From: an uncultured archaeon
GTDB lineage: Archaea; Altiarchaeota; Altiarchaeia; JAFGQM01
Direction of reading: 5' to 3'
Length of the DNA stretch: 64,000 bases
Assembly (NCBI GenBank): GCA_964592405.1
Contig: CAZQBY010000001.1
Location: forward strand, 78,737 to 142,736
Shown here piece after piece: positions 29,967 through 39,985 of the stretch. Both the position numbers and the translations under genes were made by a program. The notes below the pieces were generated by a model. The model saw only the letters and a list, made by a program, of their open reading frames with translations, did no database searches and had not been told where the DNA came from. The first letter of the stretch is position 1. Each line of letters starts with the position of its first letter.

Positions 29967-30884
29967 ATGGAAGTCAAGGGGGTTCCAGTGGAAGACACCT
30001 ACTGCGAGGCATTTGATGGTCTCCTCGCGCGCATACTTGTCACAGCCAAGACAGAGAAACTTCTGCTGAGGGCCGTGAATTCTGCTACAGCCCTGCCATC
30101 TACGGTCTTCAATGAGGCTGAGGGCGGAATAGAAAAGCTCCTGAAGCCCTCTGAGACGCCTGATGGACGTCTAGGAGCCATAATACAGCTATGGGTAAAT
30201 CACACCAAGAAAGCCCATGAGACGCTGGAGCACGAGCTCGCAAAGCGCATCCGACAGGGGATACTTGTGGTCCCTACAACACGTATATTCAATGCCCTGA
30301 GCTCAAAAAACAAAGACCCCAAGCTGCAGGCTGAAGATTATATCGACACCATGGCCAAGGTGGGGCACTGTGGTGATGGCTACGAGAGGGTCATAAGGGC
30401 ATTTGGGCGCGAGATGATAAGCATTCCACTCATGATGGGTGATTTCCTCATTGAAAGAATGCTGGGTGTGAGAAGTGGAGTAATGGGCGGGAATGTGTGG
30501 TTCTTCTGTGAGAGCGAAAGCGCTGCCTTGGAAGCGGGCGACAGGGCGGTGGATGCACTAAGGGATGTAGGCGGAGTCATAACGCCCTTCGATATCTGCT
30601 CTGCAGGTTCAAAAGTGGAGACAAACTTCCCGGAGATCGGGCCGACCACCAACCACCCATTCTGCCCGACATGCAGATCGGAAATACCGGATTCAAAGGT
30701 TCCGGATGGAATAAAATCAATACCGGAGATAGTTATAGATGGTCTGGATCTGGAATCGGTGAAAGAGGGAATGAAAGTTGCAATCTATGCAGGGGCTGAG
30801 GTTGATGGTGTTGCGCGAATATCCGCAGGCAACTATGGCGGGAAGCTTGGAAGATATCACATCCGACTGAGGGAACTAATCTGA
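29967..30884 (+). CDS. ftr: Formylmethanofuran:H4MPT formyltransferase family protein (Ftr or EhaS-like)
   Basis: EDTYCEAF, TPDGR, GGN, SAGSK, PTTNHPFCPT, SAGNYGGKLG. Confidence 0.85.
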   Translation: MEVKGVPVEDTYCEAFDGLLARILVTAKTEKLLLRAVNSATALPSTVFNEAEGGIEKLLKPSETPDGRLGAIIQLWVNHTKKAHETLEHELAKRIRQGILVVPTTRIFNALSSKNKDPKLQAEDYIDTMAKVGHCGDGYERVIRAFGREMISIPLMMGDFLIERMLGVRSGVMGGNVWFFCESESAALEAGDRAVDALRDVGGVITPFDICSAGSKVETNFPEIGPTTNHPFCPTCRSEIPDSKVPDGIKSIPEIVIDGLDLESVKEGMKVAIYAGAEVDGVARISAGNYGGKLGRYHIRLRELI

Positions 30885-30912
30885 CTCAGGATAATTTTGG
30901 GAGGATCTCAGG

Positions 30913-31893
30913 ATGATATTTGTATTTGATCTGGAAGGACCCCTAAGCCCGATGGACCATGCAGCTGAAGCCATGCGTATCATAGGCAACAAACTGGGGC
31001 GGCCGGATTTCTTTCAGTTCTTCCAGATGTTAAGCCTCTACGATGACGAGCTTACTCTAGAAGGCAAACCCGGATACAACCCCGGGGATACCCTGAGGCT
31101 AATAGCACCAATAGTCTCCACACAACTGAGTGATGAAGAACTGACTGAGATATCAGAGGAAGCAGAACTCACCCCTGGTGCCAAGGATCTTATGACAATC
31201 TTGGACCCGGACAATGTCTATGTCGCCTCTACGTCCTACCAGCAACATGCCCTTACAATATCAAAAAGGCTGGGCATACCCCCGGAAAATGTCAACTGCA
31301 CTCACTTACCAAAATACAGGGATTTTCCCTACATGAACAGGCTTCTGGAATTATTTGAGAAATACAAAACAGGTGGTATGCAATCTGTCAAGCAGGATCT
31401 GGATGCTCTCTTCTGGGGTGAGATGGAATACGATTATCTAAGGACAAAGGTGTGTGGAGGACAAAGAAAGTTGGACGTCGTCGAGAGAATATCCAAGGAG
31501 CGAAATGTTGCCGTGAGCAATTTCATAGTAGTGGGCGACTCCATAACTGACATAAACATGCTGGAGGGTGTCAGGAAGGCCGGAGGTGTAGCGATTTCAT
31601 TTAATGGTAATCAGTACAGTGTGCCAAGGGCAAACCTGGCTGTCAGCTCGATAAGTCTTATGGCATTGTGGCCGATAGTCGATGCATATCCAGACGTATG
31701 GGATTTTGTGAGGAGGTGGAACTACAGCCAAGACAAGCTGAAGCTTCTAAGGACCGAAATTCGGACATACTTTGAGGAACACGGGCTGAAACCCAAGTAT
31801 GATGAGGTCCGACAGTCAAATATAGAAGAGATAGTCACTAGACAGAAGGAAATGCGAATTGCCATAAGAAAGGAATATGGTGAGCTCACCTGA
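30913..31893 (+). CDS. HAD-family protein, EhaR/COG4030-like
   Basis: FDLEGPLS, YDD, GDTLRL, STSY, VGDSITD, SFNGN. Confidence 0.8.
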   Translation: MIFVFDLEGPLSPMDHAAEAMRIIGNKLGRPDFFQFFQMLSLYDDELTLEGKPGYNPGDTLRLIAPIVSTQLSDEELTEISEEAELTPGAKDLMTILDPDNVYVASTSYQQHALTISKRLGIPPENVNCTHLPKYRDFPYMNRLLELFEKYKTGGMQSVKQDLDALFWGEMEYDYLRTKVCGGQRKLDVVERISKERNVAVSNFIVVGDSITDINMLEGVRKAGGVAISFNGNQYSVPRANLAVSSISLMALWPIVDAYPDVWDFVRRWNYSQDKLKLLRTEIRTYFEEHGLKPKYDEVRQSNIEEIVTRQKEMRIAIRKEYGELT

Positions 31894-31916
31894 TTTCTGA
31901 TTTCGGCTCTCTTAGA

Positions 31917-32942
31917 ATGGTCTTTTCCAAAGCTGAATATAGGAGAAGGATAAGGAACGCCCAGGGCTGGCTTAGAGACCTAGATGCCCTGCTTGTAAGA
32001 TGTGAACAAAACCTCCGCTACTTTACTGGTGTGGATAGTGGTCGCCTCCTGATATGGGACAGTGGTGCTATATTCTGGCTCAATGAGGTCTATTGGGACA
32101 GGGTCCACAATTCTTATTTGAACCCTATACCCTACGAAAAGGACTGCGTGAAGAAATTCATCTACTCAAGAGGGTTTAAGAAGGTTGGGGTGGATGAAGT
32201 TACACTCTCTCACTATAACTCATTTGAGCCAAAGCTTAGAAGACTTATAAAGCCAACAGATATATGTGAGAATCTGAGAAAGATAAAATCCAAAGCAGAG
32301 CTTGAACTCCTTTCGGTCGCAGGAGAGATAGCCTCTGATGCCATGCGCACAGTTATAGAATCCAGAGTCACCGGCATGACTGAGCTTGAGCTGGCAGCAC
32401 TTGTGGAATCCCAGATACGCAAAAGTGGCTCCGAGAGGCCACCTTTCTCCAGCGGCATGCTCTGTCTGAGCGGTCCAAATACCAAATATCCACATGCACC
32501 ATCCACACACCGGCGCATTCAAAAGGGCGACCTTCTGATATTGGACCTTGGTGCTGTCTTTCACGGATATCACAGCGATATGACAAGGACAATTGAAATT
32601 GGGAGGGTCTCCAGGCAGCGGCATGTCTTGGCCGGCTTTGTAGGCGAGCTCAGGAAAGAAGCAATTGACATGATTAGGGTTGGTGGCAGGATATCTGAGA
32701 TACATGAGTATATAGAGCGCAGGATAGAGGAAAGGGGTTATAAGTTTGCCCATCTCTCCGGTCATGGCGTAGGTCTGGATATCCATGAGAAGCCCTCTAT
32801 AGGACCGGATGAGAAGGATGTATTTCAGAACGGCATGGTCTTTACAATAGAGCCCGGGATATATACCCCAGATTTTGGCACAAGAAGTGAAGACACCATC
32901 GCCTTGGTCAGAGGGAAGAAAAAGGTTCTGACAGCGTGCTGA
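31917..32942 (+). CDS. Xaa-Pro aminopeptidase (M24B)
   Basis: DLGA, SDMTRT, HLSGHGVGLDIHE, TIEPGIY, RSED. Confidence 0.92.
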   Translation: MVFSKAEYRRRIRNAQGWLRDLDALLVRCEQNLRYFTGVDSGRLLIWDSGAIFWLNEVYWDRVHNSYLNPIPYEKDCVKKFIYSRGFKKVGVDEVTLSHYNSFEPKLRRLIKPTDICENLRKIKSKAELELLSVAGEIASDAMRTVIESRVTGMTELELAALVESQIRKSGSERPPFSSGMLCLSGPNTKYPHAPSTHRRIQKGDLLILDLGAVFHGYHSDMTRTIEIGRVSRQRHVLAGFVGELRKEAIDMIRVGGRISEIHEYIERRIEERGYKFAHLSGHGVGLDIHEKPSIGPDEKDVFQNGMVFTIEPGIYTPDFGTRSEDTIALVRGKKKVLTAC

Positions 32943-32959
32943 ACGCGGATAGGCAGCAT

Positions 32960-34291
32960 CTAACCAGTCCTACTTCTTCTCCTGGTCACCAAGAGCAAGA
33001 TTAACAAAAACAACACTATGCCAACAACAATTACCATATTTGTGTCCAACCCCACCACAGGTCCGGGTTCTGCCCTGCCGTAGGTGACTGTAAAAATCTC
33101 TCCAATTTCAGACATTGCAGACCTGCTACTGGTGATGTTTCCCCCACTTACAGATTTTATTTCCATACCAGCTGGCACGTTAACGATTACATCAAAATCC
33201 AATGTCATCTCCTCCGGGAATGATAACTGATACTCCCCACCGCTTTTTTTGCCCAGATCGATTATTCTCCCGCTGAGGGACTGCATAGCCATTCCGTCTT
33301 TGCCCCTGACAAGCGTGTAATCCAAGTTCTCGATGGTATAATCTCCCGGCATATAACTCCTCACTACACAAGTCATCAGAGTTTGTACATCCTTTACGAT
33401 GACAGATCCTTGCAGTGTCATGGTCATCCCTGTTTTAGACAGCTCCGCATCCATGGATTCTAAAGATGGCCAGCTTGCGGTTTTGTCGTCCAGCAACACC
33501 GTATTCACACTGCCTGATATCCGATCACCAGAGCCCGACACGCTCATAGTGCTCCTGCTGCTGGACCCCAGCGTAGCGGAGACCAGCTCCTCGACGCTCA
33601 GGCCAAGGCATGTGAGGAAATCCCGGTCTTCATTATCTTGCTGATAGCTCATAGCTATCACAGAGGCTATAAAATCGCTCCATCCCTCTATGGTCATCTT
33701 TAGAGTGATGGAGAGGGTATCACTCCCAGTTATACCTAGTTCATCTATGCTGATTCTGGGTCTCATATCAAGCGGCATTTGGGAGAACAGTTCATTCAGT
33801 TGTGCCTCAAACTCACTTTCCGCTACTGCCGGATCTGCCTGAATCGAGTCGACGTCTATCAGTAATAGGTCCTGCACTACACTCCTCTGAATCAAAGCTG
33901 ATGCATCCAGTTTCAGCGCACCTGATGATTCCTCCACTGTGATGTCTAGGTTGAAATCTCCCAGGATCTCTAGGAGGCGGGCTATTTCAGCACCACTGGC
34001 CTCAAATGTCAGGTCAGCGACATCCCCTTTGACATTGATATCGGCTTTGTAATCCGGGTTCAGGGCCAATGCCGTATCGGTAATGGTTCCGCTGAAGCTC
34101 ACTACATTGCTTTTGGCATTGGCCGAGACCATAACATTAAGCTCCTGTGCCTCCCAGTCCAGGGCCTCCCGGAATATCATCCTCGCATTCCCAGTCGCAT
34201 CCATCTCAAACACTGCTTCATTGATGCCTTGGGCTGATGCCATTGCAAGCAGCGCTGTGGAAAAGAGAAGAGCATGCAGTCTCAGGTCCAT
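32960..34291 (-). CDS. Exported protein with C-terminal TM anchor
   Basis: Signal peptide MDLRLHALLFSTALLAMASAQG; C-terminal TM plus RRRSR. Confidence 0.8.
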   Translation of the reverse strand: MDLRLHALLFSTALLAMASAQGINEAVFEMDATGNARMIFREALDWEAQELNVMVSANAKSNVVSFSGTITDTALALNPDYKADINVKGDVADLTFEASGAEIARLLEILGDFNLDITVEESSGALKLDASALIQRSVVQDLLLIDVDSIQADPAVAESEFEAQLNELFSQMPLDMRPRISIDELGITGSDTLSITLKMTIEGWSDFIASVIAMSYQQDNEDRDFLTCLGLSVEELVSATLGSSSRSTMSVSGSGDRISGSVNTVLLDDKTASWPSLESMDAELSKTGMTMTLQGSVIVKDVQTLMTCVVRSYMPGDYTIENLDYTLVRGKDGMAMQSLSGRIIDLGKKSGGEYQLSFPEEMTLDFDVIVNVPAGMEIKSVSGGNITSSRSAMSEIGEIFTVTYGRAEPGPVVGLDTNMVIVVGIVLFLLILLLVTRRRSRTG

Positions 34292-34340
34292 CTTCACTCC
34301 TGTCCCCCTTATTATTGAAGTTCCAATAAAAATAAGATAT

Positions 34341-35423
34341 TCAGGTCCCTTCAATTACTTTCTCATAGGCTAGGGTGGTCTCCACGATTTTTCTGCTCTT
34401 GGATGTAAAGATGCAGAGAATCTTCTTCCTTTGCACAAGTAGGTCAAGAAGTTCCTTTAGACCCCTTGGTACCCTGCAGTATTCTCTATACGCATCTATC
34501 TCGTGTTTTCTGTATTGTGATACCCAGATGAGTGAGGACTGCAGGACTATGGCAACATCATCTATTGTAGGCTGTCTGTTTTCCCTCATCAATATCTGCA
34601 ATAATCCGGCAGCAATGAACAGGGAGAACTGTTCCGGAGGAAAGATGCCGGCCAGCTCCCGGACTGTTATCCTATCCGGCAGGGTCTTTGTGTTAACAGG
34701 GATTCCGGCCCTCTTCGAGAGATCATTCACACAACTGCACATGTCTTTATCAACTTCTGAATAAAGGACGGAAACCAGATCTCTTTCCTTCAGATCAAAC
34801 AGGCGCAACAGAAAGAAGGAAGCGATCCTGGCCTCAGAGGAGTTCATACCTGGAAGACTGCCCAGTCTCTGCCACCCATTCTCAATTCTTATCCCGAATA
34901 TTGCATCCTTCAGCTTTTTGTCCACCTTCTTTTCTTCCATTAGCTTGTCCACCTCCCATGTTGGCCAGTTTTTGTCAGTGAGCCTGTAGGCTTCTTCCCT
35001 GCCACCAATAATCAGGGTATCCCCAAGATCAAAACAGACAGCCTTTACCTTCTCAGCAAAATCAGGAAACTGCTTAAACCACCACCAGAGTTCGTTGTAG
35101 TTAAATACAACTATAAACTTGGGCAGCATGGACTTGTTTCTTTTCACAAATGCTCCTCCGAATTCTACATCCTCCTTCATGCTTTTGATAGTTGAGATAT
35201 CCCTAACGAGCCCCTGAGCTATCATGGCAAAGAATACCTTTGCCCTCTTGGCAGCAAGAAAATCATCGTGGCCATCCCCCACATAGAGCATCTCCCAGTT
35301 CTTTAGGTCCAGCCGGTTCTTTAGTTTCTCCAGACCCTTTGAGGACGGTTTCAGTTCCAGCAGATCCTCTCTAGTTATTATGTTCTCATTTCTGAAGTAT
35401 CTGGATAGGAGTATCTTTCTCAT
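34341..35423 (-). CDS. HAD-superfamily protein with permuted motif order
   Basis: KP...YVGDGHDD (motifs III/IV) lie before FDLGDTL (motif I); FTSKS (motif II) is at the C-terminus. Confidence 0.65.
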   Translation of the reverse strand: MRKILLSRYFRNENIITREDLLELKPSSKGLEKLKNRLDLKNWEMLYVGDGHDDFLAAKRAKVFFAMIAQGLVRDISTIKSMKEDVEFGGAFVKRNKSMLPKFIVVFNYNELWWWFKQFPDFAEKVKAVCFDLGDTLIIGGREEAYRLTDKNWPTWEVDKLMEEKKVDKKLKDAIFGIRIENGWQRLGSLPGMNSSEARIASFFLLRLFDLKERDLVSVLYSEVDKDMCSCVNDLSKRAGIPVNTKTLPDRITVRELAGIFPPEQFSLFIAAGLLQILMRENRQPTIDDVAIVLQSSLIWVSQYRKHEIDAYREYCRVPRGLKELLDLLVQRKKILCIFTSKSRKIVETTLAYEKVIEGT

Positions 35424-35549
35424 ATTCGGTTATCTTCTATCATTTGTTTTTTATGACGGAAGCTAAAACATAGAGGGTTAAAAGGAATCATACTTATTAT
35501 AAATATGTTATGTAATTATGATTGGCGGGTAAAAAACAATCGCACCAAA

Positions 35550-36482
35550 ATGAAACTCATAAATCAGGGCAAGGTGAAGGACATCTATGAGCTGAGTGGG
35601 GATGAACTTCTGTTCAGGTTTTCGGATCGCATATCCGTTTTTGACCAGATTATCCCATCCATGATACCCCGCAAGGGGGAGTCTTTGGCTAGGGAAAGTG
35701 CATTCTGGTTTGAAAAGGTCGCAGACATGGGCATAAAAACACATTTTATAGACCTGCCCAAGCCTGATGAGATGCGCGTTAAAAGGGTCCGGGTTATAAG
35801 GGATTACTCAAAGCTGAATGAGGAGACAACCAATTATCAGATCCCGCTGGAGATAGTCCTGCGGTGGTACTGCGCCGGCTCGTTTTACCGGGCCCTCAGC
35901 ACTGGAAAAAAGAAGCCGGAAGACTTTGGTTTGGATCATATGCCCGAATACGGGGAGAAACTGGATGAACCGTATTTCGAACAGACTACAAAACTAGAAC
36001 ATGTGGACCGCAAACTGAGTCGGGAGGAGGCACTGGAGATATCCGGCCTGAATGAAGATGAACTGGAGAAAATCAAGGAGATATGTATCAAAATAGACAA
36101 GATGATGCAGAAGGAGGTAGGCAAACGCGGGCTCATTCATGTAGACGGAAAAAAGGAATTTGCCATGGATGAGAACCGGAATATAATGCTGATAGACACC
36201 TTTGGAACCGCGGACGAGGATCGCTGGTGGGATGCTGAGGAGTATGGGAAGGGCAACATAGTTGAGATATCCAAGGAATTTGTCCGCAAATGGTATGAGA
36301 ATGAGGTCATCTACAATTGCCCGGTATGTAGTGGCACATTCTCATACAAGCAGTTCCTAGACAGGCTGAGGGAGGACAAAAAGCCACAGGTTGGGATACC
36401 CCCGCTCTCCAAGGAGATGGTCGACAAGACAGCTGGGCTTTATAGGGATTTGTTTGAGAGGATTACTGGAGAGAAATTCTAA
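35550..36482 (+). CDS. purC: SAICAR synthetase
   Basis: GKVKDIY, SDRISVFD, KGE, TTK, DGKKEF, DEDRWW, SKEFVR; start moved to ATG 35550. Confidence 0.93.
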   Translation: MKLINQGKVKDIYELSGDELLFRFSDRISVFDQIIPSMIPRKGESLARESAFWFEKVADMGIKTHFIDLPKPDEMRVKRVRVIRDYSKLNEETTNYQIPLEIVLRWYCAGSFYRALSTGKKKPEDFGLDHMPEYGEKLDEPYFEQTTKLEHVDRKLSREEALEISGLNEDELEKIKEICIKIDKMMQKEVGKRGLIHVDGKKEFAMDENRNIMLIDTFGTADEDRWWDAEEYGKGNIVEISKEFVRKWYENEVIYNCPVCSGTFSYKQFLDRLREDKKPQVGIPPLSKEMVDKTAGLYRDLFERITGEKF

Positions 36483-36693
36483 CTAATGTCTGCCTCCAGG
36501 GCCCGACACGCAGAACGGGCCGTAGACATGCCAAAAATCGGCTATTGTCTATTTTTAAACCAAAAACCTCAAACCATGTGCTATTATCCAAGAATTGGGC
36601 AGCATGTCCACAATTCTGACAAATCCATTAATTCTGAGTTATAGATAGACCAAAACTGATAGGCCGTAAATCTAGACTATAAATCACACTACC

Positions 36694-37725
36694 ATGGAAG
36701 AAATCCGGCTTACATCATTCAGTTCTTATGGAGGATGTGGCGCCAAATTACCTGCAGAACACCTGGATGCCCTCCTGAGTGCAATTTGCGGAGGCAAAAC
36801 TGAGGGTTCTACCGGTTCTACCGGTCTGGAGACCCTAGACGACGCCGCAATTTACAAAATTGGAGGTATGACCCTCCTCCTGACTGCAGACTTCTTCACT
36901 CCGATAGTGGATGATCCATACACATTTGGCCAGATAGTCGCAGCGAATGCCATGAATGACATCTATGCCATGGGCGGAACTCCCCTGACAATTCTCAATC
37001 TCATGGAATTTCCGGCAGACCAGCTCAATGCCGAGATACTGACCAAAATTGTGAAAGGGGGACAAGACAAGGCTCTTGAAGCTGGCGCTAGGATAGTCGG
37101 CGGCCATACTCTGAGGGGCTCTGAGCTAAAGTATGGTATGGCAGTTCTGGGAAGCGTGGAATCCAAGGACCTCTGTAGGAACTGCACTGCCAGGGCCGGT
37201 GATAGGCTGATACTCACTAAACCACTTGGTGTTGGTATTATAGCTACTGCCATCAAACAGGGTCTTGCAAGCCAAAAGGCCATCAAAACAGCTTGCAGAT
37301 ACATGACACAGCTGAATGACAAGGCTTGCAGTATTATGAGGGAAACTGGTGTCAACGCCTGTACTGACATAACAGGGTTTGGTTTCATAGGTCATTCTCT
37401 AGAGATGGCCAGGGGCAGCAGTGTGGGCATGAAAATAGAGGTGGATGCAATACCTTATCTAAAAGAAGCGGCAGAACTCGCAGAAGAGATGAGAATAACC
37501 TGCCTCAACAGGGATTATTTCTCAAGGCATGTTGATTTATTAAAGAAACCATCAAAAATTATGTTGGATCTCCTCTACGATCCTCAAACATCTGGGGGAT
37601 TGCTAATTTCGGTCTCATCCAAAAAAGCAGATGTGCTCCTGAACAAGATGAGGGAACAAGGGGTGGAAGCAGAGCTCATAGGCAACGTCGTTGAATCTCC
37701 AAAAGGCAGGCTTGTATTGTTCTAG
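36694..37725 (+). CDS. selD: Selenide,water dikinase (Cys-type selenophosphate synthetase)
   Basis: RLT...GGCGAK, DDAA, DFFTPIVDDPY, GGH, LTKPLG, TDITGFG, DPQTSGGLL. Confidence 0.96.
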   Translation: MEEIRLTSFSSYGGCGAKLPAEHLDALLSAICGGKTEGSTGSTGLETLDDAAIYKIGGMTLLLTADFFTPIVDDPYTFGQIVAANAMNDIYAMGGTPLTILNLMEFPADQLNAEILTKIVKGGQDKALEAGARIVGGHTLRGSELKYGMAVLGSVESKDLCRNCTARAGDRLILTKPLGVGIIATAIKQGLASQKAIKTACRYMTQLNDKACSIMRETGVNACTDITGFGFIGHSLEMARGSSVGMKIEVDAIPYLKEAAELAEEMRITCLNRDYFSRHVDLLKKPSKIMLDLLYDPQTSGGLLISVSSKKADVLLNKMREQGVEAELIGNVVESPKGRLVLF

Positions 37726-37744
37726 GAGTTCAAATACCATAAAA

Positions 37745-38590
37745 ATGAGAAAACATTCCTCCTGGTTTTGTGTGGAGCTCAGAGACGTATACAGGGCGAT
37801 CGCAAAGGGCGAGGATATCCTGTGTGTTTTTCCTTCTGTATTGGCAGAGGAACTCTCAGGGGTAAAGAACATTGCTATAGCTGAGATATCTGGGAGAGAC
37901 AGTATCGCTGCTGCACTGAAATTTATAATGGACGGAGGTGGGGATGATATTCTACCAGTAGCTGATGACATACCGCCCCAGTATGGTGACTTCAATGAGG
38001 CCTTTAGCCCGGTTTTCTGGCTCAGAAAGAAGGCTGAGGAATATGGGGCAAGAGTGCATAGTCTTATTTTCATTAAGGAGCACGAGCTGTATAAGACCCT
38101 TGTAGCCAAATATATGAGGGAAGTAATTAGCCACTATGGGTTTTACACGCCCTGCATACCCTGCCATATGTATTTCCATACTATAAGAGCCCCTCTGGTG
38201 AAGGCACTGGGCGGGAGCAAGATAATCGGGGGTGAGAGGGATTCCCATGACGGCAGGATAAAACCAAGCCAGATACCCATGGCCATAGACTACTACAAGA
38301 AGGCGGTCAAGGAGCTTGGCAGCAGACTTGTCTTGCCACTGAGGCACATAGTCAATACAAAGGAGATAATATCATTTACCTATGAGGAGGATACTCAGCT
38401 TTCATGTATGTTCAAGGAGCTCCATGGAGATTTGTCCCAGAGCATAATGCAAAACACTGGGAAACTCAGAAGATTTCTTGAGGAGTTCGTTATGCCAATT
38501 AATCTAAAACTGATTAGGGCCCTGACTACTGATGAGAACGCTGATATACCAAAGCTGGCTAATGAATTTATGGATAATCTGGACAAATAG
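37745..38590 (+). CDS. Uncharacterised PP-loop (adenine-nucleotide alpha hydrolase-like) protein with CxxC
   Basis: IAIAEISGRDSIAAA (SGxDS-like), YTPCIPCHMYFH, IIGGER, LPL; starts 19 bp after selD. Confidence 0.7.
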   Translation: MRKHSSWFCVELRDVYRAIAKGEDILCVFPSVLAEELSGVKNIAIAEISGRDSIAAALKFIMDGGGDDILPVADDIPPQYGDFNEAFSPVFWLRKKAEEYGARVHSLIFIKEHELYKTLVAKYMREVISHYGFYTPCIPCHMYFHTIRAPLVKALGGSKIIGGERDSHDGRIKPSQIPMAIDYYKKAVKELGSRLVLPLRHIVNTKEIISFTYEEDTQLSCMFKELHGDLSQSIMQNTGKLRRFLEEFVMPINLKLIRALTTDENADIPKLANEFMDNLDK

Positions 38591-38692
38591 TCTTCTTCTG
38601 TGGACAGTTTCTGATATGAATTCAGGCAAAAATTCAGGCAAATATACCAATATACTCAATGAGCCAATATAAAATCGATATAAAACGCTAAT

Positions 38693-39985
38693 ATGAAAAA
38701 AATCCTGTTTGCGATCTTGGATGGCGCTGCTGATATTCCCTGCCCAGAGCTTGGAGGCAGGACTCCGCTTGAAGCTGCCAAAACCCCAAATATGGATGCA
38801 TTGGCCCAAAGCGGAGTTACGGGTATGATGTACCCGATAGCCAAGGGCTTTGCCCCCGAGTCCGATTCTGCGGCAATCAGTCTGCTTGGATATGATGTCC
38901 TGAATTCATACACCGGCAGGGGACCTCTGGAGGCCCTTGGAGCCGGTCTTAAGATACAGGAGGGCGATCTGGCTTTCAGGGTCAATTTTGCCACTATAAA
39001 TGACAATAATGTAATAGTTGACAGGCGTGTCTGCAGGGACCTCTCCAATGAGGAAGCCTCCCAGCTCGCAGATGCAATAAACACGGAGATCACTCTGACC
39101 AAATACCCATCAGAACTGCGTCTGAAAAATTTTCGTGGCTTCAGGGGCGTGCTACTGATCCACAGGCTCGATGGCGGGCAGTTCTCCGGCAATATCAGCA
39201 ATGTGGATCCCGGCTACATAAAAAGGGGGGCATTCAGCATAGGGAATCCCAAGATGGACCTGCATCTGAAGCCGTGTATACCTCTTGACAATACACAGGA
39301 GGCGGCAGAAGCCGCGGAGATCACCAATGAATTTATAGCCCGGTCGCGAGATGTGTTGGGGGAGCATCCGGTCAATTCAGCGCGCATTAGAAGGGGACAA
39401 CAAAAGGCCAACATCATCCTCACGCGGGATGCTGGCGACAGGCTCCCCAAATTTCAAAACATAAATGAGAGATATAATGCCAGGTTCGGCATGTTTGCGG
39501 AAATGCCATGTGAGGTGGGCATCGGCACCCTTATGGGCATGAAAATCATCGAGCACAAAAGCCGTAGTAGATCTCCAAAGGAAAACTACAGAAGACTTGC
39601 CCATCTGATTGCGGAAGAATTAAGGAAGCTGGATATCATTTATCTGCATCTCAAGGGACCGGATAATCCGGGGCATGACGGAGATGCTGAGGGAAAAAAA
39701 GAATCTATAGAGATGATAGACTGCTACTTTTTTGGAACCCTGCTACCGCTTCTGGAAAATACTTTGTTAGTTGTTACATCCGATCATGCTACACCATGCC
39801 ATCTCAGAACACACTCCTCGGATCCTGTTCCCCTCCTCATATCTGGGGGGGAGATATCTGGGGGAGAGATTACACGGGATAAAGTAGTATCATTTGGTGA
39901 GAGGGCCTGCCGGACCGGTTCTCTGGGCCTAATTAATGGGAGGAAACTGATGCCGATTTCTCTTCATCTAGCTGGGCAGTCCTAA
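38693..39985 (+). CDS. apgM: Cofactor-independent phosphoglycerate mutase family protein (archaeal ApgM type)
   Basis: LDGAAD, TPLEAAKTPNMD, ESDSA, GRGPLEA, KGPDNPGHDG, TSDHATP, HSSDPVP. Confidence 0.85.
   Translation: MKKILFAILDGAADIPCPELGGRTPLEAAKTPNMDALAQSGVTGMMYPIAKGFAPESDSAAISLLGYDVLNSYTGRGPLEALGAGLKIQEGDLAFRVNFATINDNNVIVDRRVCRDLSNEEASQLADAINTEITLTKYPSELRLKNFRGFRGVLLIHRLDGGQFSGNISNVDPGYIKRGAFSIGNPKMDLHLKPCIPLDNTQEAAEAAEITNEFIARSRDVLGEHPVNSARIRRGQQKANIILTRDAGDRLPKFQNINERYNARFGMFAEMPCEVGIGTLMGMKIIEHKSRSRSPKENYRRLAHLIAEELRKLDIIYLHLKGPDNPGHDGDAEGKKESIEMIDCYFFGTLLPLLENTLLVVTSDHATPCHLRTHSSDPVPLLISGGEISGGEITRDKVVSFGERACRTGSLGLINGRKLMPISLHLAGQS

Noticed and set aside
29967-30884. Evidence of methanogenesis
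   Set aside because: An Ftr-family gene alone is not diagnostic; no mcr, mtr or fwd genes are in the window.
36736-36738. selD as a selenoprotein
   Set aside because: The active-site codon is TGT (Cys), not TGA.
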